Part shown: positions 37,291 to 48,662 of the stretch, piece by piece
How the letters are laid out: every line of letters begins with the position of its first letter
Numbering within the stretch: the first letter of the stretch is position 1
DNA from: Octopus sinensis
Taxonomy: Eukaryota
Length of the DNA: 64,000 bases
Reading direction: 5' to 3'
Assembly: GCF_006345805.1 (NCBI RefSeq)
Contig: NW_021832227.1
Location: 186,001 to 250,000, forward strand
Notes under the pieces: model-generated
Told to the model about the DNA's origin: nothing
Database searches by the model: none
Seen by the model: only the letters and a program-made list of their open reading frames with translations
Translations under genes and position numbers: made by a program

Positions 37291-38027
37291 TATGAGTATA
37301 TTTTAATGTAACACGAAGGAGAAGCATAATGAGTTAACAGTATAGTTGTTTAAAAAGAAAATTATTTTTACCATTTAGATTTAGGGAATTTAACATCAAA
37401 TTTGGATAAGTTATAAGTATAATGACAAGAAATGAAGCCAGGGTCTAGAATTCCTGGAAAAACTTTATCACATAAATAATATTCTCGAGTGGTACGAAAA
37501 CATACAATACATTTGACTCTCGGAAATTGGCCACAATTTAATTTTTAATACGAATTAAACAAATAATAATTTAACTATGAAGACTATACTCCTGTGAATG
37601 CTATACTCGGCTTCCTTTAAAAGTAAAAACTGAAACTGTTAATTATAAACAAGAAAATGATGGCGTTTCGCGCCAGCGATTAGCTAATAAATTCTCAAAC
37701 ATTTTCTGAAAGAAATAAAAAGCCAATTTTCGAAGGTCGAGTGTACTGCTTTTTGATATTTTTTTAGTGTCTACAAAGTTATTTACTCTTTTCTTACTTG
37801 TGTAAAAACTTGCTAATAAACTAGTATTCCAAATTGAATTCTCGATCAGTCTACCATTAACAAAATTCCTTAAAAATATCAATTTTTTATTCATTATTTT
37901 TATTTCAACAAACCCAAAAACTAACAATCGATCACGCAATTATAATTCTAATAAACGACTTTACGCAAATCTAGCAATAAAATATTGAGAAAAAATTATT
38001 CAAAAAACCAAAATAAGGAATTAAAGA

Positions 38028-38863
38028 TTAATCGCAGATGTTTCTGACATCAGGAACGTGCTCTGACTCAGATTCGGTTTCAGATGCACTAATTTTCTCC
38101 AAATCATCGACAGAATTTATCAACGTGACATTATTCTCTCCCGAATTCTCAACTTTCGAACCAGAAACGTCTAACGGGGACGAATTTTTTCTTTTTGAAG
38201 CCTCACGTGAGGGAGAATTACTATTTCTCATCATTTCATTCAAAAATACAGATTTATGACATCCTCTATCAATTCAAGTTTTCTCCCGTTCAAATCATAT
38301 CCATTAAACTTATCTTTTGCTGCCTTCAAGTCAGCTTGTGACCAAAATTCCACAATTCTGTTGAACTAACATCAACTATGAGCCGACCCTGAATTTACGA
38401 CGGGTCTGTGAGCATCGACAAAGGAGACACTGGCCACGTTACTCATGAGTTCCCTCAAATCCTTATACATAGTACGAATAATAAAATACTAATTAAGACT
38501 ATAATTCCTATTCTACGCTGCAGCACAATTATCACCTGCCAACTCACACCACTGGAGAGATTGTTCACAATTAGTCTGTGGGACGTCCGTTTGACAGGAG
38601 GGCTGGGAATGACAAGATTTATCTTACCGTTGATAGTTTTGTCTTGTAGAACGAGCATAGTCCAAACGGAGTCTTTTGCCGAGAATTTCCTTTCCGTTGA
38701 GTCTTTGAATTGCCTTTTCTGCGTCGCGGCTTCTTTTAAATTCAACAAAGGCATATCCGGTCTTTAAATTGACATGCACAATTGATCCAGAATTACGGAA
38801 AAAATGGTCAATGTCACGTTCACGTGTATTGCTTGGTAAATTTCCAACATAAATCCGAGACAT
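38028..38863 (-). CDS. SRSF4/5/6-like splicing factor (two RRMs, no RS domain)
   Basis: MSRIYVGNL...GYAFVEF...LNG (RRM1); HRLIVNNLSSGVSWQDLRE...DAHR...VEF (SR-type RRM2); four GT-AG introns; acidic Ser-rich tail. Confidence 0.88.
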
Positions 38864-38969
38864 TAGGACAACGTAAACAGACACGTAAACACAACAATCA
38901 AAGTGTATTATTATTTTTAATTAACATAATTTACTTTATTAAAAAATTATTAACTAAATATTTATTTCA

Positions 38970-39600
38970 AATCTTGATAAGTCGACACTTAGAGACACCT
39001 GAACATTGCTCCCCATGAATTGGAAAAATGGTTATTGAAAGTGAACATGAAAAAAACTGAGTGAAACAATTAGCCGATAGGCAAACGAAGGAACTTTGGG
39101 GAATTTGAGTCTGAACTAAAATCTCTCGACGTTTCTCACAGAAAACGGTTAAAACTTTTTATCAGTATCAACTGGCCAAACTGGGAAATGATATCTTATT
39201 ACAAAGACCACAAATTGATGTTTCGAAATGAACAACACTATTTACAGTTATTTTAAAAAATTTTCAACGCATTAAAAGACACTGAAAATAGACGTCCTTA
39301 ATACTTTCAGGACTATTGCACGCAACGTCGCATCCTGAAAAAAATATTATCAAGACAGCAGTTTCATGTCTGGCATATTATTATTAATTGCACATCCGCA
39401 ACAAGAAAGAAAGTTACAATCTTCTCATCGTCTGTGGCACACCTCGTAAGATTTTGTATGTTAGACACCTCCACGCTCTTTTTGAGATTTATAAATTGTC
39501 TATATTTTCTAGTAGTAATCCGACATGCTTAAGGTCGTTATTTAAGATTAGTGGTATTGTTGTCCGTGGCCTGCCTCGAGAAATCCATGTGTGGCATATG
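38970..39600. mobile_element. RTE-like LINE fragments (plus-strand middle, minus-strand 3' end)
   Basis: DNA similar to 32978-33110 (TTGGAAAAATGGTT.TTGAAAGTGAA); minus strand RGRPRTTIPLILNNDLK at about 39410-39590. Confidence 0.7.
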
Positions 39601-39933
39601 TAAGAACTTAATTAGTTTTTTTAGAATATGTTCCTATGATAGTGCAAATAATAATAATTCTCGATAATTAGATCCCAAACTTCTTTCCTCTTCTCATATG
39701 GTGGCTGTAGTGTTTGTAAATGAGAAATATCATTGACGGAAAGTCGGATCAATGCCTGTGTGAGTATTTTTTAGAAATATTTAATTTCTAAAATTTAAAT
39801 TTTTGTTATATAAATAAAGTAAAACTTATCTCGCTGGTCGTTTCTGGGACCGAGGAAAAATGACATTTATAAAATTATAAAATTATTAGAATGAAAAAAT
39901 TAACTAAAAAACCATTAATTAACTAAAAAACCA

Positions 39934-40720
39934 TTAGGTTCTCAGAGACAGATATTGCTTGAAGTATTGGATAGTTATAGTCAGCAGAACTATCGGCCTC
40001 AGGTTTTTCAAGTCACTACTCTGTCTTCCTGGCTTTTGGATAGGGATTAATAATCGTTCGCCCAATGGGAACAAACAATGATGAGGAAAACAGCTGTTGA
40101 AAATTTCGATTATTATCATCAAAAGTGAATATTTCTGAAGTTCAGCTGGGACTTCGTTGTATCCCGGTGCCCGATTGTTGTTTAGGCGACGGAACGGGTT
40201 GATGCCCTTCTCTTATGTAATCTTATGTTTTCACGGAGTTCTTTATCGATAAATGGTTGAATTTTAGTTGCTTTTACTTGGAGTTAGTTTTCAAAATGAC
40301 TAGCAATACGATCCGCTTTTTATCTGTTATTTAGAACAGAATGCCCTACTTCAGGAATGGTTATTTTCCTTTTTGATACTTCAATTTATTAACCGTACAG
40401 TTTTGTGCATTTACTTTCCGCTTGCAAAAATTCAATTTCACGGACAATCGAATCAATAGCTTCTTTATTTTGTTTAATTTGACGAAGAATTTTGTTATGT
40501 TATTAGCTCTTTTTTATTTATCAGGTTGCAATTTTTTGCGCAAACTGGTTTTGTACCCGGAAGATTCACTACTGATGCAATGTGGATCTATCGTTGGTTT
40601 GTTGCGATATGTTAAAAGTAGAAAGTTGTGATCCATATCCTGAGAATTGAGCTCAGCATTGCTTCCGATTGTATTGATCGAAACAAACTACTCAACTTGG
40701 TTATGAATATTGTTGATGAA
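39934..40720 (-). mobile_element. N-terminal RT region of an RTE-like LINE, degenerate
   Basis: LNNNRAPGYNEVPAELQKY and LIPIQKPG...NLRPIVLL motifs. Confidence 0.8.
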
Positions 40721-40885
40721 GGCAGTATAAGAATGATTCGGCTACTTTTAGGCAATACTGTTCTTTATTTAAAATTTTGCCGATATTAAAAAAATCATTT
40801 TTGTCGATATTTAAAAACATTATTAAAACAAAAGAAAAATTATTAAAAACCACGTCCATTAGAGATATTAACCGATTCCAAAAAA

Positions 40886-41174
40886 TTATTTCTCCCTTGG
40901 AATAAACCCCCTAGGAACTTCAGAAGAACGCTTTAATTAAAAATAGAAATAAAACCAAATGGGAAAAATGGTTCACGCCCATCATAAACGTGGTTTCCCC
41001 TCTTTCATACTTTGCGTTGTGTTCTTCGATATTGTTGAGAGTTTCTGTGAATATTGAAAAACGTAATTCGTCATCCTCGAACTCAAAGCCTAAATAAATA
41101 ATAATAAATATTTTTCCATATTTCTCTTTATATTCTTTCCATTGTTGAAGAAGAGCGTCTTCACTTAAAGGCAT
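40886..41174 (-). CDS. Stand-alone I29 cathepsin-propeptide inhibitor (Crammer/CTLA-2-like)
   Basis: WKEYKEKY...R..IF......IEEHN.KYE.GE.TF.MGVNHFSHL, then a 25-nt GT-AG intron and a stop 15 codons later; no protease domain, no signal peptide. Confidence 0.85.
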
Positions 41175-41435
41175 ACTTTCACACCAATTAAATGTATTTA
41201 TTATGTATATTTAAATATATTAATTATATTAATAAATATGTATTTTGAAAACAATAAGAATTCAAATGTCAACGGTGTTTCCAGTAAATATCAAACTGGA
41301 GGTATATTGATACCAATTTTAATACGAATTCACTAAAATTAAAAAAAGTTAATTATCTTAAATAAAATTTAATTTTAAATTAGTAATTAATTATTTTATT
41401 TAAATTATATAAATAAAATAAATACGTATAACATT

Positions 41436-41922
41436 ATGTTGGTGTTGTTTCCTTTTTTATTATTCTCTATCCAAAGCAAAGAAGATTACTATAAGAGCCT
41501 GGGAGTAAGTAGAACTGCAACTACGAAAGAAATAAAATCTGCCTACCGTAAATTAGCAATGGACAAACACCCTGACCGAGTTAAAGGTGACAAAAAAGAA
41601 GCAGAGGCAGAATTTTCAAAAATAACCGAAGCCTACGAAGTTCTTTCAAATACTGAAAAGAGAAGACTCTACGACTTGCATGGACACACTGAACCACAAA
41701 TGCCAGATACAAACTTCCGTAAAAACTTTTATTCGTTCAATGACATGTTTGAGTCATTTTTTGACGGAGATGTGTTCGGAAATAGTGGTTTTTTTAATCA
41801 TGATGATATGTTTGGGTCTTTTCACGGAGGTTTGTGTTTTTTTGTAAATTTAAGGACAAAATTGTCACACCAAGACAGTCAAAGTGGGAAACACGGTCAT
41901 GACCACAACGACTTGCCAATAA
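41436..41922 (+). CDS. DNAJB9: ER DnaJ co-chaperone ERdj4-like
   Basis: Signal peptide, J-domain with HPD, F-rich region; after a 25-nt intron the C-terminus [22 protein letters not shown] matches the ERdj4 CRTVTQRRGNMVTTYTDC pattern. Confidence 0.85.
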
Positions 41923-42166
41923 TCTATTAAATTTATATAGATTTTTGTAATTTCTTATATTAGATTTATTATTAGAATTTTTTTTGGTTTTTTAAAAATT
42001 CCAAATTTAGAAATATTGAATTTTTGAAATTGAATAATTCGATATTTGCTTAATTAGTCGTCGACAAATATGTCGGGTTTGTTATTCGGAATGGCACTTT
42101 TACTTCGATAAAACATAATATTTTTTTATTAATAATGTGATTTCTAAAAGTAAAAAGATAGCTAAG

Positions 42167-42753
42167 CTAATTAATGGCCTCACGCGACACCCGGCCAGCC
42201 TCGCGAATGGCGAAGCCGTTCCCTCGGATCACAGCAATCGACAGACGTTCCAGGAGCCAAGAATACTCTCTTGGATCGTGGCTTGTCCTTGAAATCCGTC
42301 GACCGAGCGAGCGAAGGAAGCGGAGTGTTTGGGGCCGAAGATCCCGGAGGACTCCACGGCGATTGGAGTAAAGAACAGCGAGTTGGAGAGGTGGCCGTAC
42401 TTGAGAATCTTTCGCTCCTCGGCCTGCCTCGAAGCGTGCCCAGGATTGGCGGCGGACAGAGCGAGATTTCCCAGCGAGAACATGTTTGAACAGGTAGAAT
42501 CCCAAATAAGGGATTTCCCCTGCTCGTATGGGAAGGTGGACATGCCGTCTGGGCGTTTGCCATCCCCTCTATCCAGTCCAACAGGTCCAAGAACTGACGG
42601 GACGCCAGCTGAAGCGAGGGCTCTCTGTATGATCGAGTTGAGTTCACTGTGACGGGGAGCACGACCGGCACTCCGCCGGCAAGCGAGGGGATGCAAACCG
42701 TACTCGTCAACAGTTCCCCCACAGCTGCATTTGTGCGTCTGGCAGATTTTCAA
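42167..42753 (-). mobile_element. 5'-truncated CRE-clade element (zinc knuckle + RLE)
   Basis: CSCG...GLHPLAC...RHSELN, RPDG, WDSTC, AEERK..KY, ESSG; one frameshift near 42320. Confidence 0.9.
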
Positions 42754-43013
42754 ACATAATAATTATAACCAAATAGAATTTTATTGTGAAAATAGCATGG
42801 TTGTGTAATGTTAGAAGTTATTGTTGACAACTGTATTCTCATATCAGCATTGAGTTTATCTTGTATTGATTGCAGTGAAACCTCTCTAATTTGCCACCTC
42901 TATGATTTGCCACTCTCCTTTTTTACAGAAAAATTGAAATTCTGTAAATTCAAAAAACCAGAAAATTCAATAAATTTAATTATTCTATATATTCATACAA
43001 CCAAACTTTGTGA

Positions 43014-43250
43014 TGATTTCAAAAGAATTCAATTTATGGTTAATAAATATAGATATGAAGTTAAAAAGAAAAATATTATTGATTTTACCACCTTCCTTTT
43101 TTGCCACTATTTTGGTTGGTCCCGTTGGTGGCAATAAATAAAGAATTGACTGCATATTGAAAATTCTGACTTGTATAAGTAAGTCGTTGGGAAAGGTCTT
43201 TCAGAGACATCTGGATATTTTGAGATGTATGCTTTCCATAAATTAAAAAA
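43014..43250 (+). repeat. Dispersed direct repeat, copy A (possible hAT remnant)
   Basis: Similar to 50072-50300 (roughly 85 percent by eye, small indels). Confidence 0.85.
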
Positions 43251-43279
43251 ATTTGTCTTTATCAATCGTCTTGAATTGT

Positions 43280-44050
43280 ATTTTTATGTCAAATCAAAAA
43301 ATAATAATATTCAATTGATGTACTTGACCCACTTGGAGACCATCTCCGTCGTCCAACAGCACAGTGCTCAACACACGTTCCCCACACACATTCATTTCTA
43401 TCCACGGAATCGCTGGCAGGATCATCAGGGGACTTGTCCGACCCACCGAGGCCATGAAATTGGCCGGAAAGTGGAATCCTTGTTCATAATTGTACGAATG
43501 GGCTGTAAATGTGATGTTCGTGGCCTTCAGTTGGCACACAATTTTGTCCAGCCATGTGATTAGTTGCTTAGGAATTGTGGGTCAGTCTCCATCAACACTT
43601 TGGCTATGCTTCGCTTTAGTTGTGGTAGAGGGGGTCTTTTGTGCTCGACATGTTCTATATAAACAATGATCGTACTACCTTAATCTACTATGTGGTTTGT
43701 TAGACCTGTATAAAAAACAATCAAAGACTGGTCTCATTTGCATTGTGACATTGGTGGTGAAAAGATAACCCATTTGCCAGGCTCCGCTTAAACAACTCCA
43801 ATCGTGAGAGTAAAACATACTTCCAACGTAAGACGGGTTTATAAATCAGGAATGCACGTGCCATTTCAATGTCGTTGATGTGGTACAGTCCGGCAGCCAA
43901 TGAAGGGGGGTCACCAAATATGCAAATCTTGGATTAAAACACAAACTAACTGCGTGTTAATGACTGAGCATAGTTGTCTATAAAACTCGTATTTTATTGA
44001 TTAACCACTATTCCGAACATGCCTATTTGTTAGTCTACATTTGGAGTGCC
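43280..44050 (-). CDS. Unassigned multi-exon gene (GC-richer)
   Basis: Open frames (e.g. LITWLDKIVCQLKATNITF...DDGDGLQVGQ) with short GT-AG intron-like spacers; structure unresolved. Confidence 0.4.
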
Positions 44051-44110
44051 TATATATTGAGAATATTAAACACAACAATACATTGACTGGCCTAATTCAG
44101 TGACAGTCCA

Positions 44111-45400
44111 TTAGCCTGTGGGGAGTTGAATATATGCTACTCGCCCTCCCAGTCCCACCACGACTAACCACTGTACGGACCGTGCACTCACAATCCTCTC
44201 ATTCAACCTCTTCTTGACGACCACTTGGAGGTTGGAGATATTAAATATCTGAATGTACAACACAACTCGAATCTGTTCCTCCGCGCACACAAACTGTCCC
44301 CCACAGATATGTCTACAATAAGTGAGACAACTGAATGGTCTTGACGAAAACACTCCCTCGACTGGTATATGTACATCTTTCCCCCACCCACAATGTCGGA
44401 TACCCACCTTCCACCTTCCCATTACTAGGCAACCCCTCCTCCGCGAAGTACACAACATCACCCACTTGTCCTGGGTCTAGCGAGAGTTTGTCTGGGGAGT
44501 GTCTGTCCGACAACGCTTGAGGGTTTCTCTGAGGGACTTGACCATGCTCAACTGCCGTTTATTACTGCGGAGTTTGTGCATGTCTATCACGTCACCCACA
44601 GGAATGACACTGAGGGTGGAGTGGGAGTAGACTGCCTGCGTGTGTCGACCACCACACATCCCTGTCGTGTGGCCACCACCAGTCTGATTATACACTACTC
44701 GCCCTCATTGAGTGACACACCCACGAAAAAGGGTGCTCTTGGTATATTCTACAGTTGGACTTTCCCACATTCATTCATTTGGTTTATGCCCTTCAATATC
44801 TCGTCCTCGTGCAAAATATGCAACCCCGTCAGCAACAGATCCCCGATGCCTTGATGGAGTGGAATGTGTATACGTGAGAATCTCCCTCAGTCCCGTCATA
44901 TATTCCATAGACAGTGAGTCGAGGACCACAAACGTCGTGATTTTGGACACGTGGATGCAGTTCAAGTACTCGAGGGACACACTCCGGGACATCCAAACCG
45001 AACATTTCCTCACGTGTAACCACAAGAAAGTCCTCTCCTGTTGTGAATAAGACGATGACGAGGGAGAGACGAGTGGATGACCGTCCCCTCATCTGTCCGC
45101 GGTTTATAAAATGTGACAGACTGCCCTCACAATTCGGTCACCAATCCACACAAGTATATTTACTGATTTCCCTGCCTGTCTTTCCTTCTATCCACGTCCC
45201 ATTGTCCCGTCCACACGCCCTTTCCTCCCTTCAAAGTGGCAGCCGTGTCCTTTCAAGGCAATGACCAACTCCTGGGTAGCCATATTGCTGTGATGAATTT
45301 GCCAGTCCTGTATGGTGAGGCACACCATTCAGACTGAGTGAGCAGAGACAAGCTGTCGGATGTCAATTGGTAAAAAAGAATGTGCTGATTAATGACTATT
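44111..45400 (-). CDS. Unassigned multi-exon gene, beta-propeller/WD40-like
   Basis: Beta-strand-rich frames ending QIFNISNLQVV...WLVVVGLGGRVAYIQL; exons unresolved. Confidence 0.35.
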
Positions 45401-45655
45401 ATTTTTCCATGCAAAGTGTATGTTTGCACAAACTTGTCACTCAATTAAGCCAATTCAGCGAACTTGGCCGGGGACTGACCAGGAGAGTGGGTAGGAGGCA
45501 TCTCCATATTTTTAATTGATCTGAAAATGTACATTGCCTAAAATAAAATTTTATAAATATATTTTGTGATTAACTAGAAGTGTTTTTTAATTGTAATTTA
45601 CTAAAAATATATTTAGTAGTGGTAATATTATAATTATCATAAACTTAAAATATTT

Positions 45656-48391
45656 TTGAATTTAATATCCCCAATTCCCGGGAGCCATTTTACCCCTTCT
45701 CAATTCCTCAAATCCTTATCTGCTTTCCGAAGCGAATCATTCATCCCAGTAAGGATTCCAAAATCGGCCAGACCCACTGTGGCCAAGTCCCTCGCAGCCT
45801 TGATCGACCAGGCGCTGGCTTCCAGCGCTCCTGACCCTTGGTTCAAGCTGTTCTCTTTCTTTCCCGTTTGCCTCAATTCTTCTCCCATGCGCTCATGCGC
45901 TGCTAATCACGTTTCTTCTGCCCAGCGGATTAAGGACCGTTGTACATCTTACGTCCACTCAGAGTTCAACTCTGATTGGCTGTCTGTCTCTCTTACGCCC
46001 CCTTGTAAGGAGGCACCCTCAAAACGGCCCGGTCTCGCAGAATTGCGCTTTTCCCGGGCAGTCCGAAGCAAACTCCTCCAGGGCGATATCTCTGGAGCAG
46101 TGCGCGCAATTTCATCCAACTCCTCTGTGGCTCCTCGGTGTGATGCTGTCCTGAATCAACTCCGCAGCAAACACCCCCAAGCTCCCACCGACCTCCGTGC
46201 AACACCGACGTTAGTTTCGGCTCCGTCCAACCCGATAACCTCGTCTGAGGTTTCGGCCGCTCTCGGGTCTTTTGCGCCCAGTAGCAGCGGCGGGATAGAC
46301 GGTGTAAAGCCCATCCACCTACGCGATCTCCTGAGCCCATTGACCCACGAATCCGGAAAAGACCTGCTATCTTCTGTCACTCGTCTTTGTTCGCACATTG
46401 TCTCGGGCGAGATTCCAACCGTCGCCAGAGATCTTCTTTTCTCTGCTGGCCTCATTGCCCTGTCGAAAGCCGATGGTGGCGTGAGGCCCATTGCGGTCGG
46501 TAACGTTTTCAGGAGACTCTCGGCCAAGATAATGTCCCGCAGGGTGGTTCCCCCCCTGAGTCTGGAGTTTCTCCCTTTCCAGTACGGTGTCGGCGTCCAA
46601 GGTGCCTGCGAAATTCTCGCGCACGGCACTCGCCAACTTGTCCAGTCAAAGCCAGAAGACTGCAAGTTCATCGTGAAGCTGGACGTCAGCAACGCATTCA
46701 ACTGCGTCCGCCGGGACCATCTGCTCGAAGTGGTCTCGGCACGTTGCCCCGTTCTCTTCCCAATTGTAAAGCTGGCATACTCTGCCCCAAGCTGCCTTCT
46801 GATCCATGATCAGATCATCATGTCAGAATGCGGCATTCAGCAGGGTGACCCACTGGGCCCATTGCTGTTTGCCCTCTCTGTTGACCACATTGCACGGAAC
46901 CTTTCTTCCACTGTTAACTTCTGGTACCTGGACGACGTGACGATTGGTGGACCTACAGAGGTCGTTATGGAAGACGTTAAGAGAATCACTTCCGGTTTCT
47001 CCAAGATCGGACTATCTCTTAACGGCGAAAAATGCGAACTCGTAAACATTTCTCTTGCCCCCGCCGCTCTCCGCAACACATTCTCCTCTCTCAGCAGCCT
47101 GATCGTTGGGTTAAGGCTAACGCCCACCAGCGATCTAGTTATCTTGGGCTCTCCAATTTCCGCTGTTGGCATAGAAAATGCCTTATCGTCTAAATGGGAC
47201 GAAATTAAACTACTCACTGATCGGATCCGTGGGCTTGGCTCGCATCTTGCGTTTTTCTTGTTGAAGAACTTTCTTTTCGTCCCCAGACTGACCTATATTC
47301 TCCGTTCCTCCCCGTGTTTCGCTGCCACAGACTCATTATCCAGAATCGATAATCTTGTCCACCAATCGCTAACATTCCACCTCAATTTGAGGTTCACTGG
47401 TGACGGTTTTACCCGTGCCAGTTTACCAACTCGCTTCGGGGGGATCGGGATCCGCCCTTGTGCGGACCTGGCCCTACCCTGCTATCTCTCATCCATGTCG
47501 GCTTCCAGGAATTCCGTTTGCTCAGTTCTACTTCCCTCTCTCGAACTTAATGAGCTCTCGGAATTCTCATCTGCATGCCGTACGTGGTGCTCACTCGACC
47601 TTGATTTTCCCACGATCCCTTCAGTTCAAAGGGGCTGGGACGAAATTCTCTGCTTGAACACATTACGAAAACTTCGCTCCAAGTCGGACCAACTCCAGCT
47701 GGCCACCCTTAACTGCGCCTGTCAGCCGCACACGGGTGACTGGCTCAAAGCTCTCCCCACTCCTAGTACGGGGTTACTACTGGACGACGAATCCTTGCGG
47801 ATTGGGATCAGCTTACGATTGGGTTTGGACATCTGCCAGCCCCACCCTTGCCGGTGCGGGTCCTCAATTTCGTCAAACGGCTTGCACGCCTTGTCGTGTA
47901 AGAAGAGTGCCGGGAGAATTCCCCGTCACACTCATCTGAATGACGTTGTGAGGAGGGCTCTAGAGTCGGCTGGTTTCCCTTCCACCCTAGAGCCAGTCGG
48001 CCTTTCCCGGAGCGACGGCAAGCGTCCCGACGGGATGACGACCTTTCCTTTTAGGGAAGGCAAGTCCCTGGTTTGGGATGCCACGTGTGTCGACTCTTTT
48101 TCGGCGACAATGCTTCCCAGGACTGTCGCAAACCCGGGTTCCGCCAGTGCGCTGGCTGAAGAGACAAAGATGACGAAATACCGGTGTATTTCGGACGCTT
48201 TTGAGTTTGCCCCCCTCGCCTTCGAAACCTCTGGAATCGTCGGAAAGGCTGCGACTCAACTCCTCACCGCCATTGGTAGAAAAATCTCCACAAAAACAAA
48301 CGACCGGAGGGAGACGAGCTGGCTGTTCCAGCGAATCTCGGTTGCTGTGCTCCGCGGAAACTGCCACTCAATACGCAGCGCGCATCGTTAA
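45656..48391 (+). mobile_element. Near-complete CRE-clade non-LTR retrotransposon ORF (RT + zinc knuckle + RLE), 5'-truncated
   Basis: Uninterrupted 911 codons: RPIAVG, KLDVSNAFN, GIQQGDPLGPLLF, WYLDD, GLSLNGEKC, CxC...H...C knuckle, RPDG/WDAT/AEETK RLE. The frame opens at TTG in AT-rich flank with no N-terminal zinc fingers. Confidence 0.95.
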
Positions 48392-48462
48392 GCTGACCCT
48401 CAGGCCCTCGACAATTCCCTTAGCCACCCAATTGCTTACTTTTTTTATTATAGGATTTTTAT

Positions 48463-48601
48463 TAGAGCGTACTATCGCAAGGGATATCCTCTCGAAAAAC
48501 CATCTCGATTCGCGGGCGTCGCCTGTGATAGCAGACATGCGGGACCCGATCTCCTGAACGAAGCTGATTGCCTTACTGCCCAAGGAACCGGAAGTCTCAA
48601 T
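48463..48601 (-). mobile_element. Very short CRE 3' fragment, tail-to-tail with the long element
   Basis: IETSGSLGSKAISFVQEIGSRMSAITGDARESRWFFERISLAIVRSN followed by an A-rich tail. Confidence 0.85.
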
Positions 48602-48662
48602 TTGAAATTTATAATTAACAAATTGATTTTTTCATTTAATAAAATAAATAAACTAGTTGGTG

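Noticed and set aside
37643-37939. 98-aa minus-strand ORF downstream of the SR gene
   Set aside because: Low-complexity AT-rich frame with no motifs or splice support.
39898-39935. Perfect 19-bp tandem duplication beside a LINE fragment (also a 14-bp repeat at 53102-53136)
   Set aside because: Ordinary local slippage or repair duplications; no enclosed element.
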